A stretch of DNA of 64,000 bases, taken from NCBI GenBank assembly GCA_009711705.1, contig VENG01000008.1, positions 99,535 to 163,534 on the forward strand, read 5' to 3'. Within the stretch, counting starts at the first letter, position 1, and each line of letters opens with the position of its first letter. Under the pieces are notes generated by a model that saw nothing but the letters and a program-made list of their open reading frames with translations, ran no database searches and was not told the origin of the DNA. The translations under genes and the position numbers were made by a program. Shown in pieces: positions 44,812 to 53,063 of the stretch. The DNA is from Bacillota bacterium (GTDB taxonomy: Bacteria > Bacillota > Desulfotomaculia > Desulfotomaculales > VENG01).

Positions 44812-45231
44812 ATGACTAATAAGGAGATGAGAAAGATGAGTATAGATAATTACGTCAAGATTTTTAAAGCTTTGGGTGAGCCCTCGCGATTACGAATGTT
44901 AAAAATATTGTCGGTAAGACCCATGTACGTGTGTGAGCTGGAGAAAGTGCTGCAAATGAGCCAGCCGAGAATATCCCAGCACCTGCGGGTAATGAAGCAT
45001 GCCGGGCTGGTAACAGAGCGCAAGGAGGCCCAGCGTACCTTTTACGCCCTTAAAATTGATTATCTTGATGAACAGTTTAAAGAATTGCTGGAATTCTTCC
45101 ATGCAGATTTGGAAAGCCTGCCGCTTTTTATCGAGGAATACCAGCGGCATAAAGAGCTGGAGGAGGATTCCGGAGTGGCACAATGTAAGGAAGGGAAAAC
45201 AGAGGCGGTAAAATTGGAGCAGGAGGCATAA
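44812..45231 (+). CDS. ArsR/SmtB family metalloregulator
   Basis: LGEPSRLRMLKIL...VCELEKVLQMSQPRISQHLRVMKHAGLV. The likelier start is ATG 44836, 9 nt after AAGGAG. Confidence 0.85.
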   Translation: MTNKEMRKMSIDNYVKIFKALGEPSRLRMLKILSVRPMYVCELEKVLQMSQPRISQHLRVMKHAGLVTERKEAQRTFYALKIDYLDEQFKELLEFFHADLESLPLFIEEYQRHKELEEDSGVAQCKEGKTEAVKLEQEA

Positions 45232-45409
45232 ATTAAATAGAACTGTTATGATCATTGCCATTAAGCCGTTAATTAGGTGATCTTCATGGCCGGTTTTTAC
45301 AGGTTGAGCCCCCGTTTTCAAAAAGTGTGGCATTTTAAGGAAGCCTTTTCTTCCGGTTAAGGCAAGGCCGGAACATATTTAAATAAATAACAATAAGGAG
45401 ATGGTATTA

Positions 45410-45649
45410 ATGGAAATCAAAGTACTGGGAACTGGCTGCAAGAAGTGCAAAGAAACTGAAAAAGCCGTGCAAAAGGCAGTGGAAGAGCTCGGTATTCAGG
45501 CTGATGTGGAAAAGGTGGAAGAAATGGACAAAATAGCTGACTATAATGTTTTAATGACCCCGGGCCTAGTGATTAACGGAAAGGTAAAGGTAACCGGGCG
45601 GGTACCCAAGCACAAGGACATTCTTAAGTACATTAAGGATGAAATGTAA
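45410..45649 (+). CDS. thioredoxin-fold redox-active disulfide protein 2 type
   Basis: MEIKVLGTGCKKCKE...MTPGLVINGKV; CxxC motif. ATG 45410 is better spaced from AAGGAG than track start 45401. Confidence 0.75.
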   Translation: MEIKVLGTGCKKCKETEKAVQKAVEELGIQADVEKVEEMDKIADYNVLMTPGLVINGKVKVTGRVPKHKDILKYIKDEM

Positions 45650-45750
45650 AATAAAAAAACCATGAATTTGATTTGCCCGAGAAGACTCTTCACCGTGATA
45701 GCAAGTAGTTAACTATATAGAGATAAACATGGCAGTTGGGAGATGACAAT

Positions 45751-46806
45751 ATGACCTTGATGGGTGTGCTGCAGAGCGGGTTTAATGAGCTTCTGGAGTA
45801 CCTGTCGGCTCACGTACTTACTTGCCTGGTGCCGGCGTTCTTTATTGCCGGCGGCATAGCCGCGGTGGTGTCCACCGGGGCGGTGCTTAAATATTTCGGG
45901 CCCCGGGCGCCAAAGCACATGTCCTATGGTGTAGCTTCGGTGTCGGGAGCAATACTTGCTGTTTGTTCCTGCACCGTGCTACCCCTTTTTGCCGGTATTC
46001 ATAAAAAGGGGGCCGGTCTGGGCCCGGCGGTGACATTTCTTTTTTCCGGCCCGGCCGTTAATATATTGGCCATAGTGCTTACCGCCAGAAAAATGGGCTG
46101 GGAACTGGGCGTGGCCCGGGCCATAGGCGCAGTAGTGTTTTCCATAGTAATCGGACTTTTAATGGCCTTGATTTTTAAAAAGGAAGAAGATAAAAAACAG
46201 GCCGAAAAAGGTGACGACGGCGGTATGTTTGACGGGGAAGACGGTAAACCCGTGGGTCACCTGCTTGCCTTCTTTGGTGCTATGGTGGCCATCCTCATTT
46301 TCGGCACCGCATCCATACCGCTTTGGAGTAAAATAGCCATTGTAATGGCGCTCTTAAGTTTCTTGGCCACAGTGCTCATCGCCTGGTATGACCGGGATGA
46401 AGTGCAGGATTGGCTGGTGGAAACATGGAAGTTTGTCAAATTGATTTTCCCCATCCTGCTGGTGGGTGTGTTTGTGGCCGGAGTATTAAAGGCCGTAATT
46501 CCCGAGCAGTGGATATCGGCTTCGGTAGGCGGTAACAGCCTCTCATCCAACGTAGTGGCATCCGTGATTGGTGCACTGATGTATTTCTCCACCTTGACCG
46601 AAGTGCCCATCGTAAAGGCTTTGTTGGACATGGGCATGGGGCAGGGCCCGGCCTTGGCGCTACTTCTGGCAGGCCCGTCCTTAAGTTTGCCCAACATGCT
46701 GGTGGTCAGAAATGTTATGGGTACTAAGAGAACTATCGTATATGTTGTTATTGTAGTTGTAATGGCAACGTTTACGGGCCTGATCTTCGGAAACATTGTG
46801 ACTTAA
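45751..46806 (+). CDS. DUF318/ArsP-type permease
   Basis: AVCSCTVLPLFAGIHKKGAGLGPAVTFLFSGPAVN motif region. ATG 45751 follows GGGAG. Confidence 0.7.
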   Translation: MTLMGVLQSGFNELLEYLSAHVLTCLVPAFFIAGGIAAVVSTGAVLKYFGPRAPKHMSYGVASVSGAILAVCSCTVLPLFAGIHKKGAGLGPAVTFLFSGPAVNILAIVLTARKMGWELGVARAIGAVVFSIVIGLLMALIFKKEEDKKQAEKGDDGGMFDGEDGKPVGHLLAFFGAMVAILIFGTASIPLWSKIAIVMALLSFLATVLIAWYDRDEVQDWLVETWKFVKLIFPILLVGVFVAGVLKAVIPEQWISASVGGNSLSSNVVASVIGALMYFSTLTEVPIVKALLDMGMGQGPALALLLAGPSLSLPNMLVVRNVMGTKRTIVYVVIVVVMATFTGLIFGNIVT

Positions 46807-46813
46807 TTTTAAC

Positions 46814-46867
46814 GCAAGTGGGGACGGTTCTTGCTTGCCCGGGCAAGCAAGAACCGTCCCCACTTGC
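46814..46867. terminator. perfect 54-bp palindrome between convergent permease genes
   Basis: GCAAGTGGGGACGGTTCTTGCTTGCCC|GGGCAAGCAAGAACCGTCCCCACTTGC; 27-nt arms, no mismatch. Confidence 0.8.
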
Positions 46868-46877
46868 ACATTTGTAT

Positions 46878-47843
46878 CTAGACAACCCACGGCCCTATGG
46901 CATTAAAAACATAGCCGGTAAATATAATGGCCAGGGCTACCACGGCAATAAAGACACCGATCAGTTGGGGCTTAAGGACCTTGCGTAGGATAATCATCTC
47001 GGGAAAGGACAGCGCCGTTATGGACATCATAAAGGCCAGTGCCGTTCCTATGGCGATTCCCTTGCCTAAAAGAGCCTGGATGACCGGTATTGTTCCCACC
47101 GCGTTGGAATAAAGGGGAACACCCAGCAGCACCGCAATGGGTATGGCAAATAGGTTACCCGGCCCAGCCCACCTGGTGATAAGGTCTTCCGGCGCGTAGC
47201 CGTGAATGCCTGCTCCAACGGCTATACCGATAACAACGTAAATCCAGATCCGACCCACAATGTCTTTGACATTGTCCCAGGCGTACTCCACCCGGTCTCG
47301 CCAGGTCATTTCAGGCAGTTCAGCACCCGCTACGCCTACTCTCTTTTTAAATACATAATCCTCAACATAGCTTTCCATCTTTAGCTTACCAATTATTATA
47401 CCGCCGATTACGGCGATTATTACCCCGCTGACCGCGTAAATGGCGGCCAGTTTCCAGCCCAGTGCGGCTATAAGCAACACCACCGAAACTTCGTTAACGA
47501 TAGGTGAGCTGATAAGAAATGAAAAGGTAATTCCCAATGGAATGCCCGACTCAACAAAGCCTATAAATATAGGCACGGAAGAGCAAGATCAGAAGGGGGT
47601 AACCGTGCCCAGCACGGCAGCGGCGGCGTGCCCGGTGTATAAACTGTAGCCGCTTAGTAATTGCCGGGTTCTCTCCGGTGGAAAAAAACTGCGTACTATG
47701 CTGATAATAAATATCATTACAGAAAGAAGGATAATTATTTTAATGGTATCGTAAACAAAAAAGTTTATAGATTCACCCAGGCGGGTGTGTGGAGCAAGCC
47801 CCAGCAAAGTATATACAACATAATCAGCAAAGTTTTGAATCAC
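46878..47843 (-). CDS. DUF318/ArsP-type permease interrupted by a single in-frame TGA (47591..47589)
   Basis: Track ORFs 47589..47843 and 46878..47576 share one frame. Joined: ...GTVTPF-TGA-SCSSVPIFIGFVESGIPLG. GTG 47843 lies 8 nt after AGGAGG. Confidence 0.65.
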
Positions 47844-47986
47844 TTGGACAACCTCCTTCTAAGTATATAATGGCCGTTACAAGTTAATTTAATCATTGAT
47901 TAACATAACAAAAGAACACAACTGAAGTGAGGAAATGCTGCACTGGTGTGGAATTACATGTGTAGTTTTGGTATTGAATTTACTTA

Positions 47987-48010
47987 ATATATAAATTAGA
48001 ATTTATATAT
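47987..48010. promoter_or_regulatory. 9-6-9 palindromic operator ATATATAAA-TTAGAA-TTTATATAT (site 1)
   Basis: Located in the divergent promoter region between the TGA-permease and the radical SAM gene. Arms identical to site 3. Confidence 0.55.
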
Positions 48011-48108
48011 CTTCACCTATTTATTTACGTTCCGGAATGAAACAACTTCTGGTTTATTTTAATACAAAGCGCGTATTTTTTTAGAACAGTTAATCGAGGA
48101 GGTTGTAT

Positions 48109-49254
48109 ATGACCGGCAATAAAAAGACCTTTACCGAAACCAGTTTTAAAACTCAAGGCCCGGAGGATGCTCTGATCATTAAGTGCGAGGACGGCTGGCA
48201 CGTAATTCCCAGGGTTCCCGATACCCAAAAATTATATATTGAAGCAACTACACACTGTAATTTTTCCTGCACCACCTGCATCCGCAATTCATGGCAGGAC
48301 GACTTGTCACATATGGAGTGGCCTGTTTTTGAGCGCATTTTAGACAGCATCCCACATTTGCCTCAACTGGAGCGCGTGCACTTTGGAGGTTTTGGCGAGC
48401 CTTTCAGCCACCCGCGTATTCTGGAAATGTTAGCGATGGTTAAAGAACGTAGAGTGAAAATAGAAGCAATTACCAACGGTTCTTTGCTCACGGAAAAAGT
48501 AATTAATAAACTGGTTGACATACAGATGGATAAAATATTTATATCCCTGGACGGCCCCGACGAGGAAGAATACTGCAACATAAGGCAGGGAGCTAATTTT
48601 TCCGGAGTTCTGGATAACATTAGAATATTAAACAAGATCAAAGAACGTAAAGGTGTCCGTTTACCTGAACTGGGAATAGAGTTTGTGGCCACCAAAGACA
48701 ATTACCATAAAATGCCGCAAATGGCGTCCCTGGCCTCGAAACTGGGGGCCCGTCAATTAATTATTACCAATGTACTCCCGTATAATGAAGAAATGAAAGA
48801 TCAAATTCTGTATGATATGGATGATACAGATATAACCTTTGGGCATAATTCACCCCTTTTGCTGATGCAGGCACATTTGCCATATATGAAGCTGCGTACC
48901 GAACGCTACTGCAAGTTTGTCGAGGACAAGGCCATGGCAGTTAACCACAAAGGGTTTATCTCACCCTGTTACGCTTTTATGCACAGGTACAGTTGCTTCA
49001 TTTACGACCGGGAGAAAGAAATATACCCATTTTATATGGGTGATGCAAGTGAAAAGCCTTTGAATGAAATATGGACCAGCCTTACTTATATTAATTTTAG
49101 GCGGGAAGTAAAGGATTTCCGTTTCCCTTCCTGTACGGACTGCAAATTCCTGGACGGGTGTTCTTATACAGAAACCAATGAAGGCGACTGCTGGGGTAAT
49201 ACACCTTCCTGTGCCGACTGCCTTTGGGCCAGGCAGATAATCACCTGTCCATAA
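48109..49254 (+). CDS. radical SAM / SPASM-domain enzyme
   Basis: CNFSCTTC (CxxxCxxC) and a C-terminal Cys-rich SPASM-like region (CTDCKFLDGC...CWGNTPSCADC). ATG 48109 lies 7 nt after GAGGAGG. Confidence 0.75.
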   Translation: MTGNKKTFTETSFKTQGPEDALIIKCEDGWHVIPRVPDTQKLYIEATTHCNFSCTTCIRNSWQDDLSHMEWPVFERILDSIPHLPQLERVHFGGFGEPFSHPRILEMLAMVKERRVKIEAITNGSLLTEKVINKLVDIQMDKIFISLDGPDEEEYCNIRQGANFSGVLDNIRILNKIKERKGVRLPELGIEFVATKDNYHKMPQMASLASKLGARQLIITNVLPYNEEMKDQILYDMDDTDITFGHNSPLLLMQAHLPYMKLRTERYCKFVEDKAMAVNHKGFISPCYAFMHRYSCFIYDREKEIYPFYMGDASEKPLNEIWTSLTYINFRREVKDFRFPSCTDCKFLDGCSYTETNEGDCWGNTPSCADCLWARQIITCP

Positions 49255-49291
49255 GAATATTGTAATTGACAAAGGGTTATTGTTAATATTA

Positions 49292-49315
49292 TTATATAAG
49301 CAACAATTTATTTAT
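49292..49315. promoter_or_regulatory. degenerate 9-6-9 operator TTATATAAG-CAACAA-TTTATTTAT (site 2)
   Basis: 15 of 18 arm positions match sites 1/3. Overlaps the putative -10 downstream of TTGACA 49266..49271. Confidence 0.4.
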
Positions 49316-49340
49316 GTATAATAGGGAGTGTTATTAAGAA

Positions 49341-49586
49341 ATGGCAAATTGTTGCGACCCAAAAGCACCAAGAGTTTTTCAAATCCAAGTGGGAGACGGG
49401 CCGGTCGGCATTACAGGACTTGACCGTGCAATATCGGAAGTAAAGGCCATGGAGCCATTATCTGAAGAAAAGGTCAAGGAAGAACTATTTAAGAAAATAA
49501 AGGCACATAACTATATTCCTGACTCAGCCAGGGAAAAGTATTGTGTGGCTTTGTTTAGAGAATATCAAAAAGCTAAAAAAAGTTAA
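49341..49586 (+). CDS. 81-aa hypothetical protein with N-terminal vicinal Cys pair
   Basis: MANCCDPKAPRVFQIQVGDGPVGITGLDRAI...; weakly spaced SD. Confidence 0.5.
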   Translation: MANCCDPKAPRVFQIQVGDGPVGITGLDRAISEVKAMEPLSEEKVKEELFKKIKAHNYIPDSAREKYCVALFREYQKAKKS

Positions 49587-49633
49587 AGCAAACTTCAATG
49601 TATCAACAAATGAGGTTAAAAAATTTTTTTAAT

Positions 49634-49657
49634 ATATATAAAAATATATTTATATAT
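49634..49657. promoter_or_regulatory. 9-6-9 palindromic operator ATATATAAA-AATATA-TTTATATAT (site 3)
   Basis: Abuts the acr3 SD (AGGAGG). Confidence 0.55.
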
Positions 49658-49671
49658 TAGGAGGCTAAAAG

Positions 49672-50736
49672 ATGACGGAAACAGTTACCCGTAAACTCCC
49701 TTTTTTAGAAAGATATTTAACTGTATGGATATTCCTAGCCATGGCAGTTGGTGTGGGTGGAGGATATATTTATCCCTCTGTCGCGGAATTCTGGGGTAAA
49801 TTCCAGGTGGGAACCACAAATATACCCATTGCCATTGGTCTCATTATTATGATGTACCCTCCGCTGGCCAAGGTGAAATACGAAGAAATTGGTAAAGCTT
49901 TTAACAATACTAAAGTAATGGGACTTAGCCTTTTTCAAAACTGGATTGTGGGCCCCATCTTGATGTTTATATTGGCTGTGGTTTTTCTTAAGGATTTCCC
50001 TGAATACATGGTGGGTGTGATCCTGATCGGTCTGGCCCGCTGCATTGCCATGGTCATCGTGTGGAATGTACTGGCCAAGGGTGACACAGAATATGCCGCC
50101 GCTTTGGTAGCATTAAACTCCGTTTTTCAGGTACTCCTTTTTTCTGTTTACGCCTACATTTTTATTACCGTGCTTCCACAATGGCTTGGCCTCAAATCCT
50201 TGGAAATAGATATTTCCATGGCGGAAGTGGCCAAAAGTGTATTCATCTACCTGGGCATCCCCTTCATTGCCGGCATTATAACCCGTTTCACGCTCATGCC
50301 GGCCAAAGGTAAGGAGTGGTATGAAAATAAGTTTATTCCCAAAATCAGCCCCCTCACCCTGGTAGCGTTGCTCTTTACCATCGTGGTGATGTTTTCACTA
50401 AAGGGGAGCTATATAGTAGCTTTGCCCATGGATGTATTGAGGATAGCGGTTCCACTAGTAGCCTATTTCCTTATCATGTTCTTCTTCTCATTCTTCATCA
50501 GTAAAAAGGCCGGGGTAAACTACGAGCAGGCCACCACTTTGTCCTTTACTGCCTCCAGCAATAATTTCGAGCTGGCCATTGCAGTGGCTGTGGCGGTATT
50601 CGGCATAAATTCCGGGCAGGCACTGGCCGCGGTTGTCGGTCCCCTTATCGAAGTGCCCATAATGATCGGGCTGGTTAATGTTGCCCTGGGCTTCAAGCGT
50701 AAATATTTCGGTGACCAATTGGCAAACGCTAAATAG
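49672..50736 (+). CDS. acr3: ACR3-family arsenite efflux transporter
   Basis: [17 protein letters not shown]...[18 protein letters not shown]...[11 protein letters not shown]; 354 aa. Confidence 0.85.
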   Translation: MTETVTRKLPFLERYLTVWIFLAMAVGVGGGYIYPSVAEFWGKFQVGTTNIPIAIGLIIMMYPPLAKVKYEEIGKAFNNTKVMGLSLFQNWIVGPILMFILAVVFLKDFPEYMVGVILIGLARCIAMVIVWNVLAKGDTEYAAALVALNSVFQVLLFSVYAYIFITVLPQWLGLKSLEIDISMAEVAKSVFIYLGIPFIAGIITRFTLMPAKGKEWYENKFIPKISPLTLVALLFTIVVMFSLKGSYIVALPMDVLRIAVPLVAYFLIMFFFSFFISKKAGVNYEQATTLSFTASSNNFELAIAVAVAVFGINSGQALAAVVGPLIEVPIMIGLVNVALGFKRKYFGDQLANAK

Positions 50737-50802
50737 TAGCAAAAAATAAGCCGGGAGTGGTCAATTTACTCTCCCGGCATTATAATTACCGGAGTGAAAA
50801 GT

Positions 50803-51165
50803 ATGAAGGAATTTCTTCGTTTCTTAAAAATCATTGCCGATGACACCAGGCTGAAAATAATCGATATGCTTTCTCACCATGATATGTGTGTATGCGAAAT
50901 TATGCACCGGCTGAATATGTCCCAGCCCGCCGTATCTCATCACTTGAGGGTGCTGAAAAAAGAGAAAATAGTTTTAGACGATAAGGACGGCCGCTGGGTT
51001 TTTTACTCCCTGAATAAAGAAGCATTTTTCAATCAAGTGGAACATCTAAACACTGAGTTGTTTAACAGCATGCGGGAGAACCTTCGATGTCGTACCACTA
51101 CACGTGACTACGAGGCATGTAAAAGGATTGAGAATACTTTATGCTCACATAAAACAGCCAGGTGA
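50803..51165 (+). CDS. ArsR/SmtB family metalloregulator
   Basis: IADDTRLKIIDML...MCVCEIMHRLNMSQPAVSHHLRVLKKEKIV. ATG 50803 lies 8 nt after GGAG. Confidence 0.85.
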   Translation: MKEFLRFLKIIADDTRLKIIDMLSHHDMCVCEIMHRLNMSQPAVSHHLRVLKKEKIVLDDKDGRWVFYSLNKEAFFNQVEHLNTELFNSMRENLRCRTTTRDYEACKRIENTLCSHKTAR

Positions 51166-51250
51166 ACTCGTTCAGCTAAAGCTGAACACCGGGGCTACAG
51201 ATGGGGAGTCCACCCCATCTGTAGTAAAAAGAGGAACTCCCACTTTATCC
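51162..51250 (+). repeat. modular hairpin repeat, copy C (L + variant M + truncated R)
   Basis: Starts inside the arsR stop codon. M variant is CAGATGGGGAGTCCACCCCATCTG. R is truncated before the SD of the next gene. Confidence 0.8.
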
Positions 51251-51266
51251 AAAGGAGATAATAACT

Positions 51267-51989
51267 TTGAAGATTGCAGTTCTGTCCGATATACATGGAA
51301 ATAAACATGCCCTGGACACAGTTTTGGCTGATATACACAGCCGCGAACCAGACATGGTTGTTTGTCTGGGTGACCTGGTAGGTTACGGGGCATTTCCTGA
51401 TCAGGTGGTGCAAACCATTAAAGCAGCAGGTATTCCCACGGTTATGGGGAACTATGATGATGGCATCGCTAACCAGCGCATGGTCTGCGGCTGTGACTAT
51501 AAAGATGAAAAGGCCGCTGAATTGGGTGTTAGATCTATTACCTGGACACTGGAAAATACCGGTAAAGAAAGCAAGGACTTCATGCGGTCTTTGCCGGAAA
51601 AGATGATTGAGAAGATAGGTGATTATAAAATATTGTTTGTTCACGGCAGTCCCCGCAGGTTAAATGAATATCTTTTCGAAGACGTGCCTGCCGGAGAGAT
51701 TACTTCCATGATGGAAGATGCCGGGGTCAATGTACTGGTTTGCGGCCATACCCATATCCCTTACCATCGCGTGTTGGAATCCGGCGCTCATATAATAAAT
51801 GCCGGTAGTACGGGCAAGCCCAAGCACGGTGACCCGAAGGCGGTATTTGCTCTGGTAGAGGTGGATAAGGATATTGAGGTTACCTTTCTAAAAGTTCCGT
51901 ATGATTACGAGGTTGCCGCCGGTGCCGTGGAAAAAGCCGGGTTGCCGGTGGAATTTGCAAATATCATAAGGACAGGTAAAGACGATTAA
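51267..51989 (+). CDS. metallophosphoesterase (YfcE/MJ0936-like)
   Basis: DIHGN, GDLVGYG, GNYD and GHTH motifs; TTG start after AAAGGAG. Confidence 0.8.
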   Translation: MKIAVLSDIHGNKHALDTVLADIHSREPDMVVCLGDLVGYGAFPDQVVQTIKAAGIPTVMGNYDDGIANQRMVCGCDYKDEKAAELGVRSITWTLENTGKESKDFMRSLPEKMIEKIGDYKILFVHGSPRRLNEYLFEDVPAGEITSMMEDAGVNVLVCGHTHIPYHRVLESGAHIINAGSTGKPKHGDPKAVFALVEVDKDIEVTFLKVPYDYEVAAGAVEKAGLPVEFANIIRTGKDD

Positions 51990-52007
51990 AAAAGGAGACC
52001 GGTACAA

Positions 52008-52382
52008 TTGCATTTCCAGGTTATTAAATCATATGTACTATTCTTTTTCGCCGGATTGGCTGAAGTTGCCGGAGGGTATTTTATATGGTTGTGGCTGAGA
52101 GAAGAAGCCCCGCTTTATTTTGGTATATTAGGCGGCATTATTCTTGTTGCCTACGGAGTTATTCCCACGCTGCAGCATTTCCCGGATTTTGGACGTATTT
52201 ATGCCGCCTACGGCGGTATTTTCATTATCATGGCCCTTTTTTGGGGATGGTGGATAGATGGGAAACAACCGGATTTTTTTGATTGGACGGGGATGCTGGT
52301 GGCACTTTTGGGCACCACAATCATACTCTGGGCACCCCGAAAAGAAAGGGAAGATGATATACGGGAGGCCGACCAATGCTAA
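52008..52382 (+). CDS. ynfA: YnfA (UPF0060) family 4-TM protein, copy 1
   Basis: AGLAEVAGGYFIWLWLRE...FGRIYAAYGGIFI. Confidence 0.75.
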   Translation: MHFQVIKSYVLFFFAGLAEVAGGYFIWLWLREEAPLYFGILGGIILVAYGVIPTLQHFPDFGRIYAAYGGIFIIMALFWGWWIDGKQPDFFDWTGMLVALLGTTIILWAPRKEREDDIREADQC

Positions 52383-52699
52383 AATCAGCGCTGCTCTTTG
52401 TAGTGGCCGGCCTGGCAGAAATAGGCGGCGGCTACCTGGTCTGGCTGTGGCTGCGGGAAAAGAAGGGAATCATGCTAGGAGTCATGGGGGCGGTAGTTTT
52501 GGTTACCTACGGCATTATACCTACGCTCCAGGATTATCCAAACTTCGGGAGGATTTACGCAGCGTACGGTGGCATATTTATCGTCCTTTCCCTGCTTTGG
52601 GGTTGGTTTGTGGACCGCAAAAAACCGGACCGCTGGGATTGGATTGGAAGTTTTATCTGCTTAATCGGAGCGGCTATAATCATCTGGTTTCCCAGGTAA
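52376..52699 (+). CDS. ynfA: YnfA (UPF0060) family 4-TM protein, copy 2
   Basis: AGLAEIGGGYLVWLWLRE...FGRIYAAYGGIFI; overlaps copy 1 by 7 nt. Confidence 0.8.
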   Translation: MLKSALLFVVAGLAEIGGGYLVWLWLREKKGIMLGVMGAVVLVTYGIIPTLQDYPNFGRIYAAYGGIFIVLSLLWGWFVDRKKPDRWDWIGSFICLIGAAIIIWFPR

Positions 52700-52753
52700 G
52701 AAATTTTAATGGTTTTGAACATTAAAGTTTTACTGCCGGAATCAACCGTACGA

Positions 52754-52787
52754 TAATAAACCCGGTGTCAGTACCCGGGTTTATTAT
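52754..52787 (+). terminator. rho-independent terminator
   Basis: ATAATAAACCCGG-TGTCAGTA-CCCGGGTTTATTAT. Confidence 0.75.
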
Positions 52788-52835
52788 CATCAATATTAAA
52801 ATCATATTACTCAAATTAGTCTAATCCTATTCTAA

Positions 52836-53063
52836 TTAACTCGCCTGTCGTGAAACAGTCTGTTTAGTTATAATTAAATAAATCCAATCCCTAAGATTTT
52901 TGAGACCTTTGTGAGAATTCTCAAATTGCAAAGGTCGGCATATTTCAATTCCATGATGGTCATAAAATTGTGCAATATTTTCATTTTCCATATTATTGTC
53001 TTTACTGATAATTAATGTCTTATCGTATATTTGCAGTGTTGTTTCGTAGTGTTTTATTTTCAT
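52836..53063 (-). CDS. hypothetical protein (75 aa) in an AT-rich islet
   Basis: Strong SD CAGGAGGAAAAAAATAATG; no recognisable motif. Confidence 0.4.
   Translation of the reverse strand: MKIKHYETTLQIYDKTLIISKDNNMENENIAQFYDHHGIEICRPLQFENSHKGLKNLRDWIYLIITKQTVSRQAS

Noticed and set aside
47520-47560. Second hairpin (AUUCC-AUUG-GGAAU) as SECIS for the TGA at 47591..47589
   Set aside because: Its apical loop lies about 50 nt from the UGA. As I recall, functional bacterial SECIS elements sit much closer to the UGA. It is kept only as a caveat in the selenocysteine finding.
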